From the IMG/VR virus record IMGVR_UViG_3300025138_000029: DNA of 64,000 nucleotides; one strand, written 5' to 3'. The notes under the pieces were generated by a model. That model did not search any database. It saw only the letters and a list, made by a program, of their open reading frames with translations, and was not told the DNA's origin. Made by a program: the position numbers and the translations under genes. Positions 18,645 through 28,842 of the stretch are shown here, piece by piece (the stretch's first letter is position 1; the number at the start of each line of letters is the position of its first letter). This DNA is from an uncultured virus (IMG/VR IMGVR_UViG_3300025138_000029) (Duplodnaviria; Heunggongvirae; Uroviricota; Caudoviricetes).

Positions 18645-20207
18645 TTAATTTATATATTCATCGGATTCTTTAAAAACGTATCTTCCATTAACTATTTTAG
18701 TATTACTATTCTCAAAAACTACAGTTCCTAATTTATTATTGTGAAATACTAAAAAATCGGTTTTATAAGGTTTTACATTACCTGTTCCGTAAACCACGAC
18801 TTTACCATTCTGTTTTGAAACTCTATTGAATGGTTTTATCTGCATTGTTTTTGTTTGTTCATTTAACGTTACAACGGCATCTATACCACCAATCATATCA
18901 TCAACATCACCTAATTCCCCGACCTTTTTAACCTTATCAGTCTTAAAGATTTCTTTTAAACCGGCAACCGCATCTACTTCTCTCTTATCTCCAAACTTAT
19001 TTGTTTTGTCAAGACCTGACATTATAGTTTTAAATGTTGGTGAATTAGAATCAAATATTTTATATCTTAATTCGATTAGATACTTATTAAGTCTGTCAAC
19101 TTCATTTATTTGTTCTTTATTATTTTTACTATTAAAGTTAATAACATCAATTCCGTATTTTTTTAAGTATTCATTAGTATCGGTAACTAAGGTACAAAAT
19201 GCGGTATAGTTTGTATTTAATTTGTTAATGACTGACCTTCCATTTTGTTCATAATCATAAACTCCCGACATTTGACCTTTATCGTATTGATTTTTTTCAT
19301 ACCAATAATCAGAAAAAACTTCTTTAAGAATATCCATGATTGTAAACATAAACCTTTTTTTAATTTCAGGGTTGGTGTTAAATAATCTTCTATATAATTG
19401 AACTTGATTTCTATTACAACCTGGACTTGAACCTTCAGATATTATACTTTTAACTTGTTTAGTTTCATTTAATTTTTTACTTTCTTGTAAATCATATAAT
19501 TCATTTACGTAGTCCCAATTAATAACCGACCAAAAGTTTGAGATATATTCATCTCTTTTATTACGATATTTTAAATAGTATGCGTGTTCCCAAGTATCTA
19601 ACGCCAATAATGGGTAACCACCATTTTTAATAACATTCATTAATGGATTATCTTGATTAGATGTTGACATAACTCTAAGTTTATCTGACTTGGTTAGAAT
19701 TAACCATGTCCATCCAGAACCAAAATTCTTTAACGCTTCGTTACTAAAGATTTTTTTAAATTTTGCAAAACTACCAAAATCTTTAATTATTTTTTCGTAA
19801 ACATTTCCTTGTGCTCTTTGTTCCTTAGGTGATAACATTTTCCAAAATAATGAATGGTTAAAAACACCACCTGCATTATCTCTTATACTTTTACTGTATC
19901 TGGAGATACCTTTTATTAATTGTTCTATTTCAATATTTCCATCAATTCTGTTTGATAGTAAATTATTTAATTTTTTAACATATCCTTTATAATGTTTATT
20001 ATAGTGAGTATCCATAGTTTCTGAATCTATAAATCTCTCTAAGGCAGAATAAGAGTATGGTAATTTTTCTATACCTATTTTTTTCATTTCCGTTAAAATT
20101 TGTTTAGATTTTCGCGAGACGATATTTGTAACTTCTTTTAAGTTTTCTCGGCTTTTTAATTTATGTTCAATCTCTGAGATTTTATTTTTTAATCTTTTGA
20201 ACTTCAT
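18645..20207 (-). CDS. sod: Fe/Mn superoxide dismutase (Mn-type signature) fused to a C-terminal PD-(D/E)xK-like domain
   Basis: LPYSYSALE, HYNKH, NAGGVFNHSLFW, FGSGWTWL, NQD, DTWEHAYY; about 270 aa extra C-terminus. Confidence 0.9.
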   Translation of the reverse strand: MKFKRLKNKISEIEHKLKSRENLKEVTNIVSRKSKQILTEMKKIGIEKLPYSYSALERFIDSETMDTHYNKHYKGYVKKLNNLLSNRIDGNIEIEQLIKGISRYSKSIRDNAGGVFNHSLFWKMLSPKEQRAQGNVYEKIIKDFGSFAKFKKIFSNEALKNFGSGWTWLILTKSDKLRVMSTSNQDNPLMNVIKNGGYPLLALDTWEHAYYLKYRNKRDEYISNFWSVINWDYVNELYDLQESKKLNETKQVKSIISEGSSPGCNRNQVQLYRRLFNTNPEIKKRFMFTIMDILKEVFSDYWYEKNQYDKGQMSGVYDYEQNGRSVINKLNTNYTAFCTLVTDTNEYLKKYGIDVINFNSKNNKEQINEVDRLNKYLIELRYKIFDSNSPTFKTIMSGLDKTNKFGDKREVDAVAGLKEIFKTDKVKKVGELGDVDDMIGGIDAVVTLNEQTKTMQIKPFNRVSKQNGKVVVYGTGNVKPYKTDFLVFHNNKLGTVVFENSNTKIVNGRYVFKESDEYIN

Positions 20208-20246
20208 ATGTTTTTTTTATTATAAATAATGGTTAATTATAATTTT

Positions 20247-22010
20247 TCATCGTCTAACAGATATTTCATTAATAATTTGTTCCATAATATCTCCTCTTTC
20301 TTCATTATCCCCCATAACTGTCTCAAAAATATTCTTTTTTTGTGACAAAATATCATATATAATACCTTCTATTGAGTTTTCAAAAATTGGATAAAATACC
20401 GATACATTAGATTTTTGTCCATATCTATAGGCTCTATCTTCCGCTTGTGAATGGTCAGAAGGTACAAAAGATAAGTCGTTCATAATAACTGCTTCTGCAG
20501 CGGTTAAAGTTATTCCAACACCAGCCGCTTTAAGATTACCCACAAAGACTTTAACTTTATCGTTTTCTTGAAATTGGTCTACTGAGTTTTGTCTTGATAT
20601 TTTATTCATTTTACCATCTAATTTAACTGCTTTTTTACCAAAATGGTCCGCAATTTGATTTAGAGTGTTTGTAAAGTTAGTAAACACTATTACCTTCTTA
20701 CCTTGCTCAATAATGTTCTCAACCAATTCACAGGTTTCTTTAATTTTATTTTCCGCAATTATTTGTCTTATTTTCATTAACATGGAAAATTGTACCGTTA
20801 AAGATTTTTTTTCTCTGTCATCTTCTACCCAATCATAGTATTCCCCCATTAGGGCAACGTATTCTTTAGATTTTAAATTAAGGTAAACGGGTGTGATAAT
20901 TTTATCAGGTAAATCTAAGATGTCTTGCTTTAATCTTCTTAGTACGTGGGTTTTCGTTCTATCCCTTAGTTCAGTGAGATTAGATGACCCATTTACGTTC
21001 CATACTTTACGGTTACCAACATTAAATTGGTATCCTTCACAATATCTAATAACATATGCCATCCAATTATATGCTACGGGTGATTCAACTAAATTTAATA
21101 AATTGTAATAGTTTATTGGTCTCGATGTCATTGGTGTTCCAGTTAATAACCATACTCTACCTATTGAATTTATAATGTCATTAATAAGTTTAGTTCTTTT
21201 AGCTTGAACATTCTGAATGTAATGTGCTTCATCAACTACAACCAAATCAAAACCCTCTTGTAAAATAATTGATTCTTCTTTGTTTTTAATATTATGAAAG
21301 TTCTTTAATATATCATAATTAATAATAACGAAATCGGCACTTTCCCATTTTTTACCTTCAATGATTGATATTGATTTTTTAGTGTAATTTTGAATTTCAC
21401 GTTTCCAATTAATTTTTAACGATGCGGGACATACAATTAATACTCTTTCTGCTCCTGTTTCTAAGGCTGCGATAACTGTAGAAGTTGTTTTACCAAGTCC
21501 CATATCATCGGCTAAAATATATTTTTTATGACTTGCTAATTTTTCAATAGATTCTATTTGGTGGTCTAATGGTGGTCTATGAGAATATTTTTCATAATTA
21601 ATTTCAACTTTTTCTATTTCCTGAGACTTAATTAGTGCAACGCGAGGTAACCAAAATGAATGTAACTTCTCACTATCAAAAACTTTACCCCATATATGAA
21701 AAGACTTATCTTTTTCAACTAATAACTTTTCTATGTATATTTTTTCAGGAATTTTTGTTAATAATTTATCCTCCATCATTTTTTTTCCAAAATAACTATC
21801 TAAATTAACCCATTTTCTAGCTATTTTAGGTACTCTTAGATGATAACTATTAATGTAGTCTGCTTGAGCTCTAGTTAGTTTAAAATATTTTTTTTCTTTA
21901 AAGTTTTTTTGAATGGTAGATATATAATTATTGAACCCATCGTATTCTTCTAATATACGTTGCGCCCTAACCTCAGGTATTTTTGATAACTTATCTTTAT
22001 TACTTTCCAT
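20247..22010 (-). CDS. SNF2-family helicase (SMARCAL1/HARP-like)
   Basis: LADDMGLGKT, CPASL, DEAH, LTGTP, LRRLK, GVGITL, QAEDRAYRYGQ. Confidence 0.93.
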   Translation of the reverse strand: MESNKDKLSKIPEVRAQRILEEYDGFNNYISTIQKNFKEKKYFKLTRAQADYINSYHLRVPKIARKWVNLDSYFGKKMMEDKLLTKIPEKIYIEKLLVEKDKSFHIWGKVFDSEKLHSFWLPRVALIKSQEIEKVEINYEKYSHRPPLDHQIESIEKLASHKKYILADDMGLGKTTSTVIAALETGAERVLIVCPASLKINWKREIQNYTKKSISIIEGKKWESADFVIINYDILKNFHNIKNKEESIILQEGFDLVVVDEAHYIQNVQAKRTKLINDIINSIGRVWLLTGTPMTSRPINYYNLLNLVESPVAYNWMAYVIRYCEGYQFNVGNRKVWNVNGSSNLTELRDRTKTHVLRRLKQDILDLPDKIITPVYLNLKSKEYVALMGEYYDWVEDDREKKSLTVQFSMLMKIRQIIAENKIKETCELVENIIEQGKKVIVFTNFTNTLNQIADHFGKKAVKLDGKMNKISRQNSVDQFQENDKVKVFVGNLKAAGVGITLTAAEAVIMNDLSFVPSDHSQAEDRAYRYGQKSNVSVFYPIFENSIEGIIYDILSQKKNIFETVMGDNEERGDIMEQIINEISVRR

Positions 22011-22024
22011 AATGTAATATTTAT

Positions 22025-22053
22025 AATATAACTATAAACTAACTATTTATCAA
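22025..22053 (-). promoter_or_regulatory. Sigma70-like promoter for the SNF2 helicase, overlapping a plus-strand TATTTAT (22044-22050)
   Basis: Minus strand reads TTGATA-N17-TATATT. Confidence 0.55.
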
Positions 22054-22056
22054 TAT

Positions 22057-22572
22057 ATGAGTAATAGAAAGATACCTATAACAAGACTAGAGAAGTTTTT
22101 TGGTTCCGAAGATTTTGGTTTAGAACAAAATATGGGGCGCGAATGGCTTGAGGGTGATATGAATTTTACTTTAGTTTTATATCGTGTTGATAGACAAAAA
22201 ACAAAAACCGATGATGTTTATGGTGAGACTGAAGAAGATGGTATTAAATTCTTACCTCCTGTTGAATTTAGGGGTTATGTTACTATAGAGTTACCTGATA
22301 ATCAAAATTATGCTAATTCTAATTTATCTCAAATGGAGCCAGGTAATTTAAAAGTTGGGGTATATCAAGATGCGTTGGATGAATTACAGATAGATATTGA
22401 GTATGGTGATTATATAGGATATTATGAAACAGTAGATAGAGTAAGATATTATTCAGTTGTAAATGATGGTAGAGTGGTTAGTGATAATAAACATACTTAT
22501 GGTGGATTTAAACCCTTTTATCGAAGTATAATTGGAGCACCTGTTAATGACGGTGAATTTAGAGGGATATGA
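22057..22572 (+). CDS. Putative head-closure/neck protein (gp14-like)
   Basis: DDVYGE and IEYGDYI motifs; size; upstream of tail terminator and sheath. Confidence 0.5.
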   Translation: MSNRKIPITRLEKFFGSEDFGLEQNMGREWLEGDMNFTLVLYRVDRQKTKTDDVYGETEEDGIKFLPPVEFRGYVTIELPDNQNYANSNLSQMEPGNLKVGVYQDALDELQIDIEYGDYIGYYETVDRVRYYSVVNDGRVVSDNKHTYGGFKPFYRSIIGAPVNDGEFRGI

Positions 22573-23129
22573 AAAAATTAATAAAAGAAATAAATTTAAT
22601 TAAGAACCAAATGTCGTACATGTGTGAAGGTATTGAGGGCGAAAAAGTAGTTTGTGATGATTGCGATTGGTCTTGGAATTTAAGTGAAGGTGGTGATGAC
22701 CCTTATGTTTGTCATAAATGTGGTAACGATAATCAAGAAACAAACTATATCGGTAAAAAAGTTATGGTTTACTATAATTTACACAAACACACATTTTCAG
22801 TTTCTTACAAAGGTAAGATTGTAATGTATGCCGATTATGTTAAATTAAAGGACGTAGAGTTCAGGGTTAGACAAGGTGGAAAAGAAAAAGTAAGGGATGA
22901 GATGAGAAAAAACGTCCACGCCTTTGTTATTGGAAATTTAATGGAATTTTGTAATTATCCGTGTGAAGATTTACCTGAAGAACCTAATCAAAATGTAATT
23001 ACTTATAATCCGTATAAGTACGACTCATTTGTTAGAAAAGATAGCGAAAAACCAATCTATAAAGCCAACGAGGTTGAAATGATTAATTCAAAAAATAAAG
23101 TTTTTTTTATTAGTGAAACTATAAAATAA
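22569..23129 (+). CDS. Hypothetical protein: Zn ribbon plus phage domain
   Basis: CDDC...CHKC, then VYYNLHK...RKNVHAFVIG...YNPYK. Confidence 0.7.
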   Translation: MKKLIKEINLIKNQMSYMCEGIEGEKVVCDDCDWSWNLSEGGDDPYVCHKCGNDNQETNYIGKKVMVYYNLHKHTFSVSYKGKIVMYADYVKLKDVEFRVRQGGKEKVRDEMRKNVHAFVIGNLMEFCNYPCEDLPEEPNQNVITYNPYKYDSFVRKDSEKPIYKANEVEMINSKNKVFFISETIK

Positions 23130-24169
23130 TGGCACTACCTAAAAATGTAAAAAAATATTTACCTTTAACTCCTGATAAAATTTTACTTCAGAGGAGGGAG
23201 GAGTTGCTTGAGCAAATCCAAAAAAACGGAACTTATTTACCTAAATCAATATTACATGCAGATTTAGATAGGGGTATGTTAGATTTTGTTAAAGAAGATT
23301 TAGGTATTTCTGTAAGTGGTAAAAAAATTAATACAATTGATTTAATTATAACTACTCAGAACTGGGCTCAATTTACTGAATCTTGGAATTTTCAAGATTT
23401 AGATAAAAATATAAAACCCCCATTTGTCGCCACAGTAAGAAATCCAGACGTTAAATTTGGAACTAATCCGTCTCTACAATATACAATACCAAATAGAAAA
23501 CAATTTTATTATGCTAAAGTACCTACGTGGGATGGACAGAGAAAGGGTATGGATATTTATAAAATACCTCAACCTGTTCCTGTTGATATAACTTATAATG
23601 TTAAAATTTTCTGTAATAAAATGAGACATCTTAACGATTTTAATAGAAAAGTATTACAGACTTTTTCATCAAGACAAGCATATACTGAAATTAAAGGACA
23701 TTATATACCTATGATATTAAACAGTTCGTCAGATGAGTCGGTATTAGAATTAGAAAAAAGAAAATACTATGTCCAAAGTTATGAATTTTTAATGATGGGG
23801 TTTTTATTAGATGAGGAAGAGTTTGAGGTTTCACCAGCGATTTCACGAACCTCTACTGTTTTTGAAGTTGAAACTTTTAACAGCAGTAAACGAGCAAAGA
23901 AATTTCCGTCTAACCCTAAGAATTTTGATTTAGATATTCTATTTACAAGCGGTACCACCGCTCTTACTGAAACTTATAGATATGAAGTGGACTTATCCAT
24001 TTTAGAATCTACCAATGTCGACAGTTATTCTACATATATTAATAACAACTATATTGGAGACGATGTTCCAATCATTAAGGTTTCTACAAACGATTTAATA
24101 AAAATCGATGTAGTCAAAACCGATAATACTAAATCTTCAGTATTAAAGGCTAAGGCCAGATTAGTTTAA
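23129..24169 (+). CDS. Putative tail terminator/sheath stabiliser (gp15-like)
   Basis: PQPVPVDITYNVKIF motif; position before the sheath gene. Confidence 0.55.
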   Translation: MALPKNVKKYLPLTPDKILLQRREELLEQIQKNGTYLPKSILHADLDRGMLDFVKEDLGISVSGKKINTIDLIITTQNWAQFTESWNFQDLDKNIKPPFVATVRNPDVKFGTNPSLQYTIPNRKQFYYAKVPTWDGQRKGMDIYKIPQPVPVDITYNVKIFCNKMRHLNDFNRKVLQTFSSRQAYTEIKGHYIPMILNSSSDESVLELEKRKYYVQSYEFLMMGFLLDEEEFEVSPAISRTSTVFEVETFNSSKRAKKFPSNPKNFDLDILFTSGTTALTETYRYEVDLSILESTNVDSYSTYINNNYIGDDVPIIKVSTNDLIKIDVVKTDNTKSSVLKAKARLV

Positions 24170-24319
24170 CTATTCTCCGTATATATCTTTTTGTTCCTTA
24201 CACTTTTCCTCTATCATCTTCTCTAAGAACTTGTATATCTTAAGTCCGTGTTTTTCGCAATAAGTTTTTAGTAGTTGATGTGACTCAGGTGAAATTTTTA
24301 TGTTTTTTATTTTACTCAT
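24170..24319 (-). CDS. Small ribbon-helix-helix-like DNA-binding protein, 49 aa (not in the ORF track)
   Basis: MSKIKNIKISPESHQLLKTYCEKHGLKIYKFLEKMIEEKC: alternating strand, helix, G turn, helix. Confidence 0.7.
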   Translation of the reverse strand: MSKIKNIKISPESHQLLKTYCEKHGLKIYKFLEKMIEEKCKEQKDIYGE

Positions 24320-24451
24320 CCATGTTTTTTTAAAAAGTAGAAAAAAGGTAGAATTTTTTCCTACTCTTTATAAATATAGTCTTTATGTAATAGTTTTTTC
24401 ATCTTTTTCGTAATATTTATCTATAAATAAAACTTAAGAAAAAATTACAAC

Positions 24452-27400
24452 ATGGCGACATCTAACAAAGTATTCGTATCTCCGGGTGTTTACACATCAG
24501 AAAGAGATTTAAGTTTTGTAGCACAAAGTGTAGGTGTAACTACTCTTGGTTTAGTGGGTGAAACAATTTCGGGACCAGCGTTCGAGCCGATTTTCATCAC
24601 AAACTTTGACGAGTTCCAATCCTATTTTGGTGGTACAAATCCAACTAAATTCGTGAATACTCAGATACCTAAGTATGAGGCGGCTTATATAGCTAAATCG
24701 TATCTTCAACAATCAAATCAATTGTTTGTTACAAGAGTACTTGGACTATCGGGGTACGACGCGGGACCTTCATGGTCAATAAAAACTATCGGTAACTTAG
24801 ATAGTACAGGAACTACAGCAACATCTGTTTCGGGTCCTTTCACTATTGCATTCTCCGGTGTTTCAGGAACATCCACAAGCACGGCTATCACCAACTATGG
24901 TGGTTTACCAGCTAGTATTTTAGGTGTGATAAATCATCCTTATGAGACATATACGGGTGGAGAGTCGACTTTAGAGGGTGACTTCAAAAAATATTTTTAT
25001 CAAGAAATTGCTAATCCAGCAAATTCAGGTAGTACTTCATACTTTTGGGGAGCGGTAAGTGCTTCTACTTATAGTAGTATAACAGGAGCGTCATCGACAC
25101 CTAATTATACAGGTAATACAAATGTACTCGCTGTTAATAATGTACAGTTTGAAAATAACGTTTTAAATGCGTCAGTTAATGACCCATGGTATTACGCGTT
25201 ATTCACTGAAAACTCAGGAGTATATAATGGTACAGGTTTTGGTTTTGGTGTTACTACCTTAACTAATACAGGTGGATTAAATTACGAAGGAACTGCTGAA
25301 GTTTACATAACTAACTATACGGGTACACCTATGAGTGAATACCACGATTTAGTTGTGGGGACATTACGTTCAAGAGGTATTGATACATACACTACTGATG
25401 ATGGACCAGTTTACGAAGTGTCAGGTTTAACTGATGTGATGATTGACTGTACAGGAGCATTTTCAGCAATATCAACAAACCCATTTGCAACATTTGGTAT
25501 AAGTGGTTTAACTGCTGATAACGACACTTTCACATTTAATACATCATTTAATATTGCAAATTCTAATTACGTATCAAAGGTATTTGGTAAATCTAATTTT
25601 GCTAAACCTAAATCGGAAGTTCCATTATTCTTAGAAGAAGAGTATTACAACTTATTAAATACAGGTTATAGGTTAGGTAAAGTAAGAGGACTTGATTGTT
25701 CTTTAACTGCATTACCAAGTGCGAGAGGAGATGCTGGTACTAATACTAGTATTGGTTGGTATCTTGATAGATATCAAACACCTGAAACACCATATTTGGT
25801 TTCAGAATTAAGAGGTAATAAAGTTTATAATATGTTTAAATTTTTAACAGTCTCTGATGGTAATTCAGCAAATAAAGAAGTAAAAGTTTCCATAATGAAT
25901 ATTTCATTTAATAATGGAACATTTGACGTTGCGGTTCGTGACTTTTTTGATACAGATGCTAATCCTGTAATCTTAGAAAAATTTACAAATTGTACAATGG
26001 ATGTAAACCAAAACAGTTTTGTAGCTAAGAAGATAGGTACATCTAATGGTGATTTTGAACTAAGGTCAAGATTTATCATGTTAGAAATGAATGAAGATGC
26101 ACCTATGGATTCATTACCTTGTGGTTTCCGAGGATATGAAACAAGACAATACTCAGGAGTTAAATCACCTTTCTTAGAATATAAAACTAAATATGATACA
26201 CCAGGTGAAGTTATTTGGAATCCACCATTCGGTTCTGCAACAGGTACTGATAATGAAACAAGAAGTTCAGGAGATAGAGTTAGAAGAACTTTCTTAGGTG
26301 TTTCTAATACAGTTGGAATAGATTCAGATTTCTTCCAATATAAAGGAAAACAAAACCCTACTAACTTAGCTACTGCTACTGACTCACAACCGTGGTCTTA
26401 CCTTACTAAAGGTTACCACATGGATTCAGGAGCGACTGTCATCACAATATCATCTAATTATGTTACTTCGGGTGAAACAGCTTTCGAAGTTGGAGACGCA
26501 AGTTTTGATTCAGAACCACAAGAGGGTAGTCCTTATTACAGATTAAATGCACGTAAGTTCACTATAGCACCATCAGGAGGTTTCGATGGATGGGACATAT
26601 ATAGAGAATATAGAACTAATGGTGATAGATACCAATTAGGAGCGGCAGGATTTAGAAAAGGTGCAGCACCTTCAATCTCTTATCCTACGGCTACAGGTTG
26701 GGGGGCATTTAAACAAATTACGGGTCCTGACCAATTAACTTGGGCTAATACTGATTATTACGCTTACTTATGGGGTCAATATACCTTTAATAATCCTGAA
26801 TCAGTTAATATAAATGTTTTTGCAACACCAAACATTGATTATGTAAATAATTCAAACTTAGTTGAGTCTGCAATTGACATGGTAGAACAAGATAGAGCGG
26901 ATTCGGTTTATATTTGTACAACTCCTGATTATCAAATGTTTACACCAACATTAGGTGATTTTGATACTAACTTTATTTATCCTGAAGAAGCGGTAGATAA
27001 TTTAGAAGAAACAGGAATTGATTCAAACTATACCGCAACTTATTACCCATGGATTTTAACGAGAGATTCGGTAAATAATACTCAAATATATCTCCCACCA
27101 ACAGGTGAAGTTGTTAGAAACTTGGCATTAACAGATAATATCGCTTTCCCTTGGTTTGCAACTGCAGGTTATACAAGAGGATTAGTTAATTCTGTTAAAG
27201 CACGTAAAAAGTTAACACAAGAAGACAGAGATACACTATATCAAGGTAGATTAAATCCAATAGCAACCTTCTCTGATGTGGGTACAGTTATTTGGGGTAA
27301 TAAAACTTTACAAGTTAAGGAATCTGCACTTGATAGAATAAACGTAAGAAGATTGTTATTACAAGCTCGTAAATTAATTTCGGCAGTGGCTGTTAGGTTA

Positions 27401-27643
27401 TTGTTTGAACAAAATGACGAACAAGTAAGACAAGAATTCTTAGACTCAGTTAATCCAATCTTAGATAGTATTAGAAGAGATAGAGGTTTAATTGACTTTA
27501 GAGTGACAGTTTCTGGAACTCCTGAAGATTTAGACTCAAATACGTTGACAGGTAAAATTTACTTAAAACCTACAAGAGCACTTGAATTCATTGATATTGA
27601 ATTCTTAATTACACCTACAGGAGCATCTTTTGAAGATATTTAA
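24452..27643 (+). CDS. Contractile tail sheath protein with large insertions
   Basis: VSPGVYTSERD, YYPW, PWFATAGYTRG, WGNKTL, RINVRRLL, PTRALEFI. Confidence 0.95.
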   Translation: MATSNKVFVSPGVYTSERDLSFVAQSVGVTTLGLVGETISGPAFEPIFITNFDEFQSYFGGTNPTKFVNTQIPKYEAAYIAKSYLQQSNQLFVTRVLGLSGYDAGPSWSIKTIGNLDSTGTTATSVSGPFTIAFSGVSGTSTSTAITNYGGLPASILGVINHPYETYTGGESTLEGDFKKYFYQEIANPANSGSTSYFWGAVSASTYSSITGASSTPNYTGNTNVLAVNNVQFENNVLNASVNDPWYYALFTENSGVYNGTGFGFGVTTLTNTGGLNYEGTAEVYITNYTGTPMSEYHDLVVGTLRSRGIDTYTTDDGPVYEVSGLTDVMIDCTGAFSAISTNPFATFGISGLTADNDTFTFNTSFNIANSNYVSKVFGKSNFAKPKSEVPLFLEEEYYNLLNTGYRLGKVRGLDCSLTALPSARGDAGTNTSIGWYLDRYQTPETPYLVSELRGNKVYNMFKFLTVSDGNSANKEVKVSIMNISFNNGTFDVAVRDFFDTDANPVILEKFTNCTMDVNQNSFVAKKIGTSNGDFELRSRFIMLEMNEDAPMDSLPCGFRGYETRQYSGVKSPFLEYKTKYDTPGEVIWNPPFGSATGTDNETRSSGDRVRRTFLGVSNTVGIDSDFFQYKGKQNPTNLATATDSQPWSYLTKGYHMDSGATVITISSNYVTSGETAFEVGDASFDSEPQEGSPYYRLNARKFTIAPSGGFDGWDIYREYRTNGDRYQLGAAGFRKGAAPSISYPTATGWGAFKQITGPDQLTWANTDYYAYLWGQYTFNNPESVNINVFATPNIDYVNNSNLVESAIDMVEQDRADSVYICTTPDYQMFTPTLGDFDTNFIYPEEAVDNLEETGIDSNYTATYYPWILTRDSVNNTQIYLPPTGEVVRNLALTDNIAFPWFATAGYTRGLVNSVKARKKLTQEDRDTLYQGRLNPIATFSDVGTVIWGNKTLQVKESALDRINVRRLLLQARKLISAVAVRLLFEQNDEQVRQEFLDSVNPILDSIRRDRGLIDFRVTVSGTPEDLDSNTLTGKIYLKPTRALEFIDIEFLITPTGASFEDI

Positions 27644-27664
27644 TATCTGACTATTTATTAAATT

Positions 27665-27686
27665 GAGGGGGGAATTATCCCTCCTC
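27665..27686 (+). other. GC-rich hairpin after the sheath gene
   Basis: GAGGGGGGA-ATTA-TCCCTCCTC; no U-tract. Confidence 0.55.
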
Positions 27687-27718
27687 TTAGCCAATTAAAC
27701 GTTTAAATAAAAAAAATA

Positions 27719-27865
27719 ATGGAATTTAAGAAAAAAACACTTAGTGAAGCTTTAGAAATTAAAGCTAATGGAAATAAGTCTTTCTCTGAAAAACCTCAAA
27801 ATATTGTTATTTCTGAGAATCAGTTAGAGAGATTAATTGAAAAACTTAACACTATTAAAAAATAG
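27719..27865 (+). CDS. Small hypothetical protein, 48 aa (MEFKKKTLSEALE...IVISENQLERLIEKL; not in the ORF track)
   Basis: Own translation; A-rich leader; fills the gap. Confidence 0.65.
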   Translation: MEFKKKTLSEALEIKANGNKSFSEKPQNIVISENQLERLIEKLNTIKK

Positions 27866-27869
27866 AAGT

Positions 27870-28721
27870 ATGAGTTTAAAGAAGGTTATAAGGGAGTTTT
27901 ATTATGAAAAACAATTACGTGAAGGGTTTGACCCTGAAGGTAATCCTGATTTAAAGTATTATGCTTTTGATTGGGATGATAATATAGCCACTATGCCCAC
28001 ACAAATAATTCTCCTTTCTGATGACAATAAGGAGATTGGGATGTCTACTGAGGATTTTGCAGATTACAGGGGGATGATTGGTAAAGAACCCTTCAGTTAT
28101 AAGAATGAAATGATTATTGGATACGCAAATGACCCATATAGAAATTTTGGAGTAACAGGAGATAAAGCATTTATTATAGATTCAATGTTAGCTAAACCAG
28201 GACCATCTTGGAATGATTTTGTTGAAGCAATAAACGGAGGTTCAATTTTTTCAATTATAACGGCAAGAGGACATACACCTTCAGTGTTACGTGACGCAAT
28301 TTACAATATGATAGTAACTGACCATAATGGAATAAGTAAGGAGTCTTTAATTGATAATTTAAAAAAATATCGTAATATGGTAGGTGATGAAGAAAAAGAC
28401 TCGTCAATTATGATTAATGATTATTTGGACCTTAATAGATATTACCCCGTAACTTACGGTGAAGGTAACGCAGCGGACCCTGAAGAAGGGAAAATTAAAG
28501 CGTTACGTGAATTTATTTCGTATGTTAGAGATATTAGTAAAAGTATTGGTAAAAAAGCCTTTCTTAAAAATGATATAAAAAATAATTTTATACCGATGAT
28601 TGGGTTTTCTGACGATGACCCAGGCAACGTAGAAAAGATTAAAGCATTTTTAGATAAAGAATATAAAGATAAACCAGTTAAAACCTATTTAACTAAAGGA
28701 GGAGATAAAAAAGAAGTTTAA
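27870..28721 (+). CDS. HAD-superfamily hydrolase-like; likely start at 27870
   Basis: AFDWDDN (motif I), ITARG (II), K (III), GFSDDD (IV). Confidence 0.7.
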   Translation: MSLKKVIREFYYEKQLREGFDPEGNPDLKYYAFDWDDNIATMPTQIILLSDDNKEIGMSTEDFADYRGMIGKEPFSYKNEMIIGYANDPYRNFGVTGDKAFIIDSMLAKPGPSWNDFVEAINGGSIFSIITARGHTPSVLRDAIYNMIVTDHNGISKESLIDNLKKYRNMVGDEEKDSSIMINDYLDLNRYYPVTYGEGNAADPEEGKIKALREFISYVRDISKSIGKKAFLKNDIKNNFIPMIGFSDDDPGNVEKIKAFLDKEYKDKPVKTYLTKGGDKKEV

Positions 28722-28842
28722 TAAAAATTATTATTTTATTTGCTCTAGTAGATTACTGAAAAAAAAATAAAAGTAAATAGAAAAACTTTTAAACTGGATA
28801 TTTATAATTAAATAAACTAAAGAAATATAAAACCAAAATACA

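Noticed and set aside
24422..24429. T4-type TATAAATA on the sense strand before the sheath gene (also near 44055)
   Set aside because: Occurs at few genes, whereas TATTTAT tracks gene orientation consistently
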